A DNA stretch of 63,954 bases from Chiloscyllium plagiosum (lineage: Eukaryota). The translations under genes and the position numbers were made by a program. Below, in pieces: positions 50,585 to 62,697 of this stretch. The stretch lies in NCBI RefSeq assembly GCF_004010195.1, contig NC_057711.1, positions 73,102,018-73,165,971 of the forward strand, in the 5' to 3' direction. Each line of letters starts with the position of its first letter. Position 1 is the stretch's first letter. The notes under the pieces were generated by a model. It saw nothing but the letters and a program-made list of their open reading frames with translations. It was not told where the DNA came from and made no database searches.

Positions 50585-53150
50585 CGGCTGCCTCTGTTGT
50601 TTAGTCTCAAGTATCTCTGGACATTTGAGTTCATTCTAAGAAAAATAAACAAACAGTGAAATTCACGGCTGACTTTAGAGAAGTTTGAATGAATGAGCTC
50701 ACAGCATGGAAGCAGCTAAGTGACCATTTTTTAAAGAGTAACCTTATTTTATTTTTGTAAATCTACAATAGTGAGTAAAGTGGTTTTTTTTCTGATTCTA
50801 TGTTTTAATGAGATCTATCTCTTTATTAAACTTTAAATATATAAAACCTAGGTACAAAGCTATCCTGGAGCGGTGTTTTCTAGAGCAGTAAGACTGTGCT
50901 ATTTTCTGGGGTCTGTAAATTGTTAAAGTGCAAAGATGGACTTTTGTAGAGTGATATGCTCTTCCTGTCAGCTGTGGGAGATCAGGGAGAGTTTTCATGT
51001 TACTCATGATTATGTCTGCAGGAAGCATGTTTGGTTGTGAATCCTATTGGATTGCATGGATCGGTTAGAGCATTAGTTAGAGGCAATGAGGAATTTACAG
51101 GAGCTGGGGTGTGACAGATGTGTTGCAGGAAAGGGACATAAACCCAAGATACAGTCAAGTAGATGAGTTATCTCTAAGAAAGGTAGAAGAGGTAGGTAGG
51201 TAATGCAGGAATTTCCTGTGGCTCTCCCCATCCAAACAAGTATATTGTTTTGGAAAATGTACAGGGTGGTAGACTCTCTGGGGAATGTAGCACTGACAGC
51301 CAGGTTTCTGGTACTGAGATTGGCTCTGCTGTAACGAGAGGTACATCAGGTTCCAAGTGATCGATTGTGATAACAGACTGTCTAGTTAGAGGCACAGGCA
51401 GATGTTTCTGTGGCTGACAATGAGAAATCAGAATGGTGTGTTGCCTCCCTGGTGTCAGGATCAAGGATATGGAGAGGGTGCAGAATATTCTCAAAGGGGA
51501 GTGGGACCATTGGAACAAACAACATAGGAAGAGAAAAGGATGAGATTCTGAGGAGACAATACAGGAAATTAGGCTGAAATTTAGAAATTAGATCCTCGAG
51601 GGGAGTAATATCTGGAATACTCCTGGTGCCATGAGCTGGTGAGAGTAGAAATAGGAGGATAGAGCAGATGAATGCATGGCTGAGGAACTGATGCAGGGAA
51701 AAGGATTCACATTTTTGGATCATTAAAATCTTTCTGGGGTAGAAGTGACCTGTAAAAGGAGGACAGAATGCACCCAGAGTGGGGGTGTTGATTGGGACTC
51801 AGGGAGATAGTGAAGAATGACATTAGTCTAAGACCGAGGAAATCGGAAAAAGGAGCAAGTCAAACAGTCAGGGTAGGCAGGAACAAAGCAGAGAGTGAGG
51901 TAGGACTGATAAATTAAAATGCATTTGTTTTGAATCAAGAGGCCTTATGGGTGAAGCAGATGAACTCAGGGCATGGTTGGGAACATGGATTGGGATGTCA
52001 TAGCAATTACAGAGATGTGGCTCAGGGATGGACAGGACTGACAGCTTAATTGTATAGATGTTATAAGAAGGGTAGAACAGGCGGGTAGTGGTGTTTTTGA
52101 TTAGGGATAACATTATGGCTGTATCTATGGAGGATATTCCTGGGAGAATGTGCAGGGAGGTTATTTGGATAGAACTGAGAAATAAGAAAGGAATGATCAC
52201 CTTACTGGGATTGTAACTATAAACCCCCAATAGTCAGTGGGAAATTGAGAAGCAAATTTCTAAGGAGATCTCAGTTATCTGTAAGAATAATAGGGTGATA
52301 ATGATAGGCGATTTTAACTTTTCAAGCATAGACTGGGACTTCCATAATTATTAAGGGCTTAAATAGAGAGGAATTTGTTAAGTATGTACAAGAAATTTTT
52401 ATGATTCAGCATGTGGATATACCTACTAGAGAAGGAGCAAAATTTGACCTACTCTTGGGAATTAAGGCTGCGCAGGTGACTGAGGTGTTAGTGGGGGAGC
52501 ACTTCGGGGCTAGTGATCATAATTTTAACAATTTTAAAATAGTGATGGAAAAGGATAGATCAGACCAAAAAGTTAAAGTTCTAAATTGGAGGAAGGCCAA
52601 TTTTGACAATATTAGGCAAAACATTTCAAAAGTTGATTGGCAGACATTTGCAGGTAAAGGAATAACTGGAAAATGAGATAATGAGGGTCAAGAGACAGTA
52701 TGTTCCTGTTAGGGTGAAGGCCAGACTCGTCAGTTTAGGGAATGCTGGATGACTACAGAAACTGAGGTTTTGGTCAAGAAAAAGAACGAAGCATATGTCA
52801 GGTATAGAAGACAGAGATTGAGTGAATTTTTGGAAGAGTATAAAAGCAGGACATGTATACTTAAGCGGGAAGTCAGGAGGGCAAAAAAGGTACATGAGAT
52901 AGCTTTGGTAGATAGGGTTAAAGAGAATCCAAAGGGATTCTGCAAACACAATAAGGACAAAAAAGTAACTTGGGAGAGAATAGGGCCCCTTAAGGATCAG
53001 CAAGGTCGCTTATGTGTGAAACTGTAGGAGATGGGGGAAAAACTGAATGTGTATTTTGCACAAGTATTTACAATGGAGAAGGATATGGAAGATAGACGAC
53101 TTGGAGAAATAAATAGCAACATCTTAAAAAATGTCCATATTACAGAGGTT
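50585..53150 (+). mobile_element. CR1 with 5'UTR, decayed ORF1 (zinc finger/leucine zipper + SGNH-esterase-like) and ORF2 endonuclease; 3' part missing
   Basis: From about 50936 VICSSCQLWEI..DYVCRK..MDRLE; then IVITDCLVRGT..RMVCCLPG; then EN motifs IGDFNF, PTREGAKFDLLLG, EHFGASDHN, RVKENPKGF. Confidence 0.88.
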
Positions 53151-53320
53151 GAAAGAAGTTGTAATGGCCAAGCATTGCTCATTCCTCACAAACAGACTAC
53201 AGATAGTCAGCGATCCTTGAACTGTGATGTTGATTACAGACAAGGTGTTGTACTTTAATGTGGACAAATGCAATGTACAGGGAACATGCTAGGGCCTAGC
53301 CTACACACACATCTTCCACA

Positions 53321-53531
53321 AGGTAAAAACAATGACTGCAGATGCTGGAAACCAGATTCTGGGTCAGTGGTGCTGGAAGAGCACAGCAGTTTAGGCAGCA
53401 TCCAAGGAGCTTCGAAATAGACGTTTCGGGCAAAAGCCCTTCATCAGGAATGGCTTTTGCCCGAAACGTCGATTTTGAAGCTCCTTGGATGCTGCCTGAA
53501 CTGCTGTGCTCTTCCAGCACCACTGATCCAG
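53321..53531. mobile_element. Fold-back PLE-derived mini-element, hammerhead core on the minus strand, 14-bp TSD
   Basis: TSD acacatcttccaca (53307-53320, 53532-53545); long inverted arms; minus strand CTGATGA-A-GGGC-TTTT-GCCC-GAAA-CGTC (53447-53420). Confidence 0.8.
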
Positions 53532-53789
53532 ACACATCTTCCACAGTTACACCCACTTTGGGTGAGTGTGGGTACAGAATCATTATAATTTCACACATCT
53601 CTGGAGGGAAATGTTCATTCTCTGGATTGACATTTCAAGGGAGCACTTGGCCTTTGAAGATTGGGAGATGTGCCTTGGCCATCCAATAAGTTCCCTCTGC
53701 CTAATAGTACATTAGTCTGCCAAGGCAAGCAGCACAAAGAACTGCCTCCCACAGGTTCAACATTGTCCTACTAGATACTCAAACAGTGC

Positions 53790-54270
53790 ACGACAAAGTC
53801 GTGGATTCATTCGCTGAGCTGATGTGTTTTCTGCAAACATTTTGTCATCTCACTTGGTGACATCATCAGTGTATCTTTTGATAAGCTGTTAGTAGTCTGT
53901 CCTGCCTGGTATTTATATGTCTCTGTTGGTACTCCCAGTTCTGTATAGTAGTGATTTGTATACGGGGTCCAATGAAATGTGTCTATTAATTGAGTTCTGG
54001 TTGGAGTGCCAAACTTCAAGGAATTTTCTGGGATGTCTCTGTATTGCCTGTGCTATGATGGTTACATCACCCCAGTAGAATTCCCTCGTTGTCTCTGTGG
54101 TTAGGAATGAAGGAGTGCTGGTCCTGTCTGGCAGTGGCAAGCTGATGTTCGTGCATTTGTATGGTCGGTTTTCTTCCCATTTGTCCCACGTAGTGTTTTT
54201 CACAGTCTTTGCAAGGTATCTTTTAGATAACGTTCATCCTGTTGGATGTGGGTGTTGGGTCTTTGACTTT
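53790..54270 (-). mobile_element. Penelope-like element 3' remnant (GIY-YIG C-terminus plus pLTR with degenerate hammerhead)
   Basis: FYWGDVTIIAQAIQRHPRKFLEVWHSNQNSINRHISLDPVY; downstream cactgatgatgtcacc..gatgacaaaatgt. Confidence 0.75.
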
Positions 54271-54607
54271 CGTGAGGTGCTGGTGGAAGGGTTTAGAGGG
54301 ATATGGGCCGGGTGCTGGCAGGTGGGACTAGATTGGGTTGGGATATCTGGTCGGCATGGACGGGTTGGACCGAAGGGTCTATTTCCATGCTGTACATCTC
54401 TATGACTCTATGACTCTATATTTAAGTGCATCACCATACTGTGCAATTTTGCATTGGTTTCATTTCACTCTTTGTGTTCAAGCAGCTAACAGATTTTATA
54501 ATTGATCATAAAGTAAGAATGCCCTTCAGTTTGATAATGCAATATGATTAATAGAAAAATTCCATTGGTAGGTCCACACCCACCAGTTGGAAAGAAGGTG
54601 AGAACCC

Positions 54608-55065
54608 CATCTGATCAAGATCCAGTTGTAATCTGAGGTAACCTTCTTCGCTGTCCACTACACCTCCAATTTTGGTGTCATCTGCAAACTTACTAACTAT
54701 ACCTCCTATACTCACATCCAAATCATTTATGAATAGCAGTGGACTCATCACCAATCCTTGTGGCACATCAGTAATCACAGGCATCCAGTCTGAAAAACAA
54801 CCCTCCTCCACCACCCTCAGTCTTCTACCTTCGAGCCAATTATGTATCCAAATAGTTAATTCTCCCTGTACTCCCTGTATTCCATAAGATCTAACCTTGT
54901 TCACTAGTCTATCATGAGGAACATTGTTGAATGCCTTACTGATGTCCATGTAGATCATGTCTACCACTCTGCCTTCATCAACCCTCTCCGTTACTCTGTC
55001 AAAAAACTCAATCAAGTTCATAAGACATGATTTCCCATGCACAAAGCCATGCTGACTATCTCTAA
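54608..55065 (-). mobile_element. CR1 RT core fragment
   Basis: SQHGFVHGKSC..VPQGLVMSPLL..SKFADDTKIGG. Confidence 0.9.
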
Positions 55066-55450
55066 ATATGCTTTTAAAGATGAACATGAGGTAGTACATG
55101 AGCCTTCTCATGAAAATAAAGACAAATAATTGAAGAGAAATGTAGCCACACGAGTAGACTCACTTCGGAAAAAGAAAGCATCAAGGTCAGAATCACATTT
55201 AGAATTGTAAAATAAGTACTATTTAATGTGCATTTAGTCTTCCTAGTGTAGAGAAGGTTGCCTAGTCAAGAGGTGATAATTGCAATAACTTTTCTTTTTC
55301 AAATGTGATTTGAGTGTCACTGGCAAAGTTAGCAGTTGCAGAGGCTTCTTAGCTATTTTGGAGTGCAATTAAGAGGCAGCCACATTGAAATGGGTCTGTG
55401 GCTCAACTAGAAATAGACTCACATGAATTCAAAAGACACTTCAGGAACTT

Positions 55451-55707
55451 TTCCCGCCTCAGGCGACTGACTGTGTGGAGTTTGCACGTTCTCCCCGTGT
55501 CTGCGTGGGTTTCCTCCGGGTGCTCCGGTTTCCTCCCACAGTCCAAAAGATGTGCAGGGTCAGGTGAATTGGCCATGCTAAATTGCCCGTAGTGTTAGGT
55601 AAGGGGTAAATGTAGGGGTATGGGTGGGTTTTGCTTCGGCGGGTCGGTGTGGACTTGTTGGGCCGAAGGGCCTGTTTCCACACTGTAATGTAATCTAATC
55701 TAATCTA
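55451..55707 (+). mobile_element. HE1/V-SINE, 5'-truncated
   Basis: V-domain and (taatc)n tail. Confidence 0.9.
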
Positions 55708-57269
55708 AACTCTAATGCCAAAGACAGATCTTTCAGAATAGGTGCATGGAAACAGAGAAACTGGAAGAATAGGAGGAGGTTTTTATGGATAGTGGAGTTT
55801 CACTCAGGTAATTTCTTAAGTGCGACAATAAGAATTGTGAGATTTCTTGGCATATTTGCAATGTTTGTCTTCACAGATTGTGAGATAGACACACCTTCTC
55901 ATTGACGCAGGTTACTTATTTAAAGCAATTTATACCAAAATATGAAATTCATTGTTACATTAATTAGGTCACAGGCCACTTCTGATGTTAGGCCACCTAT
56001 CATAAAGGACTGTGAATTTACATCATAATAGTGTGTGATTCATATACTAGAAAGTTTATTCCTGCAGTTTGAAAGTTCATTGGACATTCAATGAAAAGGG
56101 CAGTGTTGCTATAAAGATGCTACATTAGATAGTCTTAAGTCATTAGCAAAATTGGAACTTAGAGACCCTATCTATTTCATAAAGTACAGTATAGATTCTC
56201 CATTATCAACCAACATGAGCTCTTCAAAGGTCGATGTTGCAACGAACACCAAATCAAAAACGTGAGGAGTATGTTTGAACTTGAAGCATTGAGCATATAT
56301 GTGACCTATCTTTCCTTGAGTGTGAAAAATACCTCATCAATTTGTGTTCAGTTTTCCCTGATCTATTTTTAATTTTGTCAACAAATTGTTAATGGTGTCT
56401 AAATGAACATTTTTAAAAACAGTAACAATTTCCTTTGCACCCTAGCTATTGCCATTGCTCTAGAGAGTATGGCGTGTGTAAATGGTGCGGAAACTAATTA
56501 TAGTATTTGAACCTTGGATTTAGATCTGAAAGTTAAATTGCTTGGGTTTATTTCTCCCTTTATGAACAATGCCCCTGTAGCATCTTGGCAGGGTTCTTAT
56601 TTTGTTCAGTTCTGGGGCCCTAACTATTTTCTGAAGGGATTTCCCTTCCATAACTTGTAATTTTAAGTTTTTATTTTTCTACAGTCTAGCCTCTCAGTAC
56701 AGCAAGTCTCCAGCCTACTACAGCAGTAGGCATTGTTCTGGCTGACAATGTTGAGGGTGCCTAGCAGCTCGCCAATGGCAGCTGTCCTGGTTAGGATGGG
56801 TGTGCCTAACCAAAGGGACTGCAAGAGTTCAAGAACCCAGCTCAACACCATTTTCACAAGGACAGCTATGGATGGGCAACACATGTTGGCAAATGAATCA
56901 AAAACCTCTAGGGTCATCTATAAGTTGTTTGCCACCCGTTAAACTGAGTTGGCAGTCCTGCCAAACCATCCTTGTATATTTGCAACTCACTTTGTGATCA
57001 ATATTAGGGTCACTGTCCAACCGGTAAATTTCAGTTTCGTGTCGCTTAGTTTTTTTTTAAAGTGTAAAACTTGTTGACATCAAAGGAAAGCATAACTTTT
57101 AAAGATGTTTGTTTACTGGTTTTATTTTATCACATAAATTTTTATGCTTGTTGATAAACCATTGTTTAGGTGTTATAGCCCATTGCCTTTTTAATGAGTA
57201 ATGGACAAAAACATCCTGTAGCTGGTATACCATGTGTGTAACACAGTTCTCTTTAAGTATCCTTTTAAT

Positions 57270-59620
57270 AGCCTTGACTGAGATGATTAGGGTGAATCCA
57301 AAGAGGTTCTTTAAGTATATTAAATGAAAAAGAATAACTAGAGACAGAATAGGACTCTTCAAGGACAAAGTGGACATGTATATATGGAACGGCAGCAGAT
57401 GATCGAGATCCTCAATGAATATTTCTCCTCTGTGTTTACTGTGGAGAAAGACATGAAAACTTAGAAACTTGGGGAAGTTAGTGTGATATCTTGGAGATAG
57501 TCCATATCATTGTAGAGGATGTTTTGGAAATATTAAAATGGATGAAGGTGTGTAAATCTCCCAGGCCTTACCAGATGTATCCAAGAACCCTGCAAGGGGC
57601 TAGAGAAGAAATTGCAGGGGCCCTGGCTGATATTTTTGTGTCATCTTAAGCCATGGTGAGGTCCCAGAAGACTGGAAGGTAGTGAATGTTGTGCCCTTAT
57701 TCAGTAAGGTCTGCAAAGAAAAACCTGGAAACTATAGACCAGAAAGCTTAGTACCTGTGGTAGACAAGTTACTTGAGAAGATTCAGAGTGATAAGAATTT
57801 GGAAAGACAAGGTTTGAATAGGAGTAGTCAGCATGGCTTTGTGTGTCATGTCTCACAAATTTGTTAGAGTTCTTTGATGAAGTGACTAGGAAGGTTGATG
57901 AGGGCAGGGCAGTAGATGTAGTCTCAATGTAGATGTATTTCTAAGGCCTTTCATACGGTTCCAAGTGGTAGGTTGCTCTGGAAGGTTAGAATGCATAGAA
58001 TCCAGGGTGAGCTGGCAAACTGGATATACAATTGGCTTGATGGTAGGAAGCAGAGGATAGTAGTGAAAAGATGCTTGTCGGACTGGAGTCCTGTGACTAG
58101 TGAAGTGCCTCTGGGATCAGTGCTGGGCCCACTGCTGTTTATTATCTATATCAATGATTTGGATGAGAATGTCCAAGGCATGATTAGTAAGTTTGCAGAT
58201 GAGACTAAAATAGGTGGTATCGTGGACAGTGGGAAAGGTTATCAGAAATTGCAGCAGGATCTTAAGTGGGCTACGAAATGGCAAATGGAATTTAATATTG
58301 ATAAGTGTGAGGTCTTGCATTTTGGAAAGTCAAATCAAGGTAGCAGTTTCATGGTGAATGATAGGACCTTAAGAAGTGTAGTGGAACAGAGGGACTTTGG
58401 AGTTCATGTGCATTGAATTGAATTTATTGTCACATGTACCAAGTGAAAACCTTTGACTTGCGTGCAAAGCAGGCAGATCACATAGTTAAGTAGCATAGAT
58501 AGTAAATAATAGGTAAAGCGGCAAAACAAATAAACACAGGTACAGGCAAATGTTAAGACTTTGTGAGTCCATTCAATATTCTAACAACAATAGGGTAGAA
58601 ACTGTTTTGAAACCAGCTGGTATGTGTGCTCAGGCTTCTCTAACTTCTCCCTGATGGTAGAGCTTATAGAAAAACATTGCCAGGGTGGGATGGATCTTTA
58701 AGAATGCTGGCAGTCTTTCCTTGACAGCAGGCCTGGTAGATGGATTCTACACATGGGAGGTTGGCTTTTGTGATTGTCCGGGCCGAGTTCACCACTCTCT
58801 GTAACCATCTCCAAACCTGAATAGTACAGTTGGCAAGGGTATTCGCCGTCATGCCAAATTTCCACAGCTGCCTGAGGAAGAAAAGACGTTGTTGGGCCAT
58901 TATAACCAGTGCATCCACATGAAGAGTCCAAGAAAGCTTGCTGTTGGAAGGTTCTCTGAAAATGGAGTCACAGGTAGATGGGGAAATGAAGAAGGCTTTT
59001 GGCACACTAACCTTAATCAGTCAGGGCACTGAATATAGAAGTTGGGAAGTTATGTTGCAGTTTTACACTTCATTGGTGAGGGCTGCACTTGGAGCATTGT
59101 GTTCAGTTTTCGTCACCTTGCTATAGGAAGGATGTTATTAAACTGGAATGAGTGTCAAAGAAATTTATAAGGATGTTGCCTGGACTCAAGCGTCTGAGTT
59201 ATAGGAAGAGGTTGGATAAGCTAGGACTTTTTTCTTTAGAGCATTGGAGACTGAGGCAGAACTTATAGAAGTATATAAGATCACGAGAGGCATGGATAGG
59301 GTGAATTCTCCAGGGTTGGGGAATTGAGGACTGGAGGGCATCAGTTGACGGCTAGAAGGGAAAGAATAAAAGGGAACCTGAGGGCCAACGCTTTTACACA
59401 GAGGGTACTACGGAAATGAAATAGCTGCCAGCGAAAGTGGTTGAGGCATGTACATTAACAACATTTAAAAAGCTTTTGGACAAATACATGGATAGGAAAG
59501 GTTTAGAAGGTTATGGGCCAACTCCAGGGAAATAGTGTTAGTGTGGATGGACAATTGGTCAGCATGGACCAGTTTGGGTCAAGGGCCTGTCTCCGTGCTA
59601 TAGGACTCTATGACTATGAT
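57270..59620 (+). mobile_element. CR1 ORF2 (RT) interrupted by a Rex/Babar-like insertion
   Basis: [37 protein letters not shown]. Resumes at about 58950 (SLKMESQVD). Confidence 0.9.
58417..58945 (-). mobile_element. Rex/Babar-like LINE 3' end
   Basis: KLSWTLHVDALV..AQQRLFFLRQLWKFGM..LQRVVNSA..ILKDPSHPG; (attga)n tail at the junction. Confidence 0.75.
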
Positions 59621-60194
59621 TCTAAATGCTTTATATTATTGAATTCCAGGTTTAAATGGTCTTAAAAATTTGAACTACAAATTTCAATTAAAATGTAATT
59701 AATATCCTTTACAGAAGAAACACTTCACAAAATTTGTATTTACATAATTCTGCTTTGACACATTTACGTAGCTTATTTTCCAAAGTGAGAAGTTTTGATT
59801 CTATGAAAGTATAAAAGTAGAAATAAAAATCCTTTCAGTTGCAATAAAAATTTATGCTCATCTAAATAATTGGAGACTTAAAATTTAGACCCTAATTTTG
59901 TATATAGCATATCTTTCTCAAATTTAGTATATTTTATTATGCTTTGATCACACTTTCCTAAAGGACCCAACAATAAGATTAATTATTGTTCATACCTCAT
60001 TACACAAACATTAGAATTTTTTTCCTAAGTTTGTTCTTCAACATGTTTTCTTACGGCCTTCTTAGTTTGCATAGTCATTTGTGTATCTGTATCAATGGAT
60101 CTGCCAGTTCCCTTACCTCTTTTAGACTCTCAATTTTCAATGAAAATTGTCCCCATGTTTTTTCTACCACATTGCCCCACTTCATACTTACTTT

Positions 60195-60960
60195 GGTTGA
60201 GTAGGCAGAAAAGTAGCAAATGGAATTTAATCTGAAGAAATGCTTTTGAGGAAGGCCAAAAACAGCAGTGGGGTACTCAACAAATAGGAGGTTTTGGGAG
60301 GGATACATGAGGGAAGAGATCTTGGATTGCATGTGCATTGGTCCCTGAAAGTGGAAGGACAGGTAGATCAGGTGATAAAGAAGGTATATGGGGTGCTTTC
60401 CTTTATCAGGTGAGGTAGTGAATACAAGAGCAGGGATATAATGTTAGAACTATGTAAGCTACTGGTTAAGTCATAAGTGGAATTTTGGTCACAATTATGG
60501 TCACATTAGAGGAAGGACATAATTGTTTTAGAGAGAGAGAACAATGGAGATTTAAAAGACTTGAATACTTCAGGTATGAGGAAAGATTGGTTATGCTAGA
60601 GTCTCCTTAGAACAGGGGTGGCTGAGTGTTGACTTAATCAAGTTGTACAAAATATTAAAGAATTTAAATAGAGTGGGCAGGAAAGACCCCACAGCAAAGG
60701 TCAATTACCAGGGCATAAATTTAAGGTGATGTGAAGAAGGATTAAAAGGGGCATGAGAAAAAAAAACTTTTTGCCGGGGATAATGGGTGGCTGGAATTCA
60801 CTACCTGGTTTGATGGTTAAGGCGGAAACCTTCAACTCATTTACAAGGAGCCTAGTTCTGCATCTGAAGTGCTGGAACCTGTAAGGCTATGAACCAGTGC
60901 TGACAAATGGGATTAGGAATGGGCAGCTAGCTCATTTCACCAGAGTAGACATGATAAACG
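60195..60960 (+). mobile_element. Old CR1 3' fragment
   Basis: Degraded WQMEFN..SLKV..QVD..YKS region and 3' end. Confidence 0.7.
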
Positions 60961-61751
60961 ATGGTTCTATACCGAAGTTAACATGTAAACTACACATATA
61001 TTCTGCAAGTTTGTTAATATATTCCTGCCTTATGTTATAGTTCTTCTCTGTATTAACTCTTATTTTAATGTCATCCACAAATTTGTTCCTGATGAATAAT
61101 ATCTAACCCCCAAACTGAATTTTACACAGTGATGGTTACCCTGGAGATTCTTCTCTTTAGCCAAAGTTAAGCAAATTATACAGTCGTGCTAAATGCCCAA
61201 TAACATGGTATTTTCAATCCAAGCATCTTGTTTAGTAAACCATTGTGACTTACTGCCTCTACTCCCTACTATTTTTCAAGAAAACAACCAATATTTTTCA
61301 AGAAAAAGACTAATGAGCAAAGGCTTCCTATAGGCACTTATCCTCTCAATGGTAACATGAATTACAAATACCTTATATCCAGGTGAAAGTATTAATGTGC
61401 AATCATTTAAAAACAAACTTTGTTCCATTCTGAAACTAAATAAATGGTTTAAAGTATAACCACTCATAAAACCTGAAATTCCTGGGAACTAGAGACTAAC
61501 AATTTATCAATCATCAGCACAGATGTTTTGGTCAAAGTGTGATCTCCCTGTGCTCTCTTCCTAGCAAAACTATCTAGCCTGCCTTCTGACCTTTAACACT
61601 CAAGCAACCCAATTGTGTTGACAGCAGAATTAAGAACAGGTCTCATGAATGTCTTCATTCTTGCATTTTACCCTAAATTAAAAACACAGTGCCGAAACGT
61701 TACAACCTTGTAAAATCTTACATTTGTAACAGAACAGAAGGTTACTCTTGT

Positions 61752-62697
61752 AGACTGGATGTAAACATAAGAGGTATAGTTAGTAAATTTTCAGCTGACA
61801 CCAAAATTGGAGATGTAATGGACAGTGAAGAAGGTTACTTCAGATTACAATGGGATCTTGATCAGATGGGCCAATGGGCTGAGAATTGCCAGATGAAGTT
61901 TAATTCAGACAAATGTGAGGTGCTGCATTTTGGGAAAGCAAATCTTAGCAGGATTTATACACGTAATGGTAAAGTCCTAGGGAGTGTGCTTGAACAAAGA
62001 GACCTTGGAGTGCAGGTTCATAGCTCCTTAAAAATTGAGTCGCAGGTAGATAGGATAATGAAGAAGGCATTTGGTATGCTTTCCTTTATTGGTCAGTGTA
62101 TTGTGAAAAGGAGTTGGGAGGTCATGTTGCAGCTGTACAGGACATTGGTTAGGCCACTGTTGCGTGCAATTCTGTTGTCCTTCCTATCGGAAAGATGTTG
62201 TGAAAATTGAAAGTGTTCAGAAAAGATTTACAAGGATGTTGCCAGGGTTGGAGGATTTGAGCTATAGGGAGAGGCTGAATAAGGCTAGGGCTATTTTCCC
62301 TGGAACGTCGAAGGCTGAGGGGTGACCTTATAGAATCATGAGGGGCATGGATAGGATAAATAGGCAAAGTCTTTTCCCTGGGGTCAAGGAGTCCAGAACT
62401 AGAGGGCATAGGTTTAGGGTGAGAGGGGAAAGATATAAAAGAGACCTAAGGAGCAACTTTTTCACTCAGAGAGTGGTATGTGTATAGAATGAGCTGCCAG
62501 AGGAAGTGGTGGAGGCTAGTACAATTATAACATTTAAAAGGAATCTGGATGGGTATATGACTAGGAAGGGTTTGGAGGGATATGGGCCAGGTGCTGGCAG
62601 GTGGGACTAGATTGGGTTGGGATATCTGGTCAGCATGGACGAGTTGGACCGAAGGGTCTGTTTCTGTGCTGTACATCTTTAAGACTCTATGACTCTA
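61752..62697 (+). mobile_element. 5'-truncated CR1
   Basis: SKFSADTKIG..CEVLHFGK..LYRTLVRP; gactctat tail. Confidence 0.92.

Noticed and set aside
60075-60190. Apparent minus-strand exon MKWGNVVEKTWGQFSLKIESLKE followed by gtaagg
   Set aside because: The surrounding sequence resembles an old CR1 RT segment and there is no acceptor.
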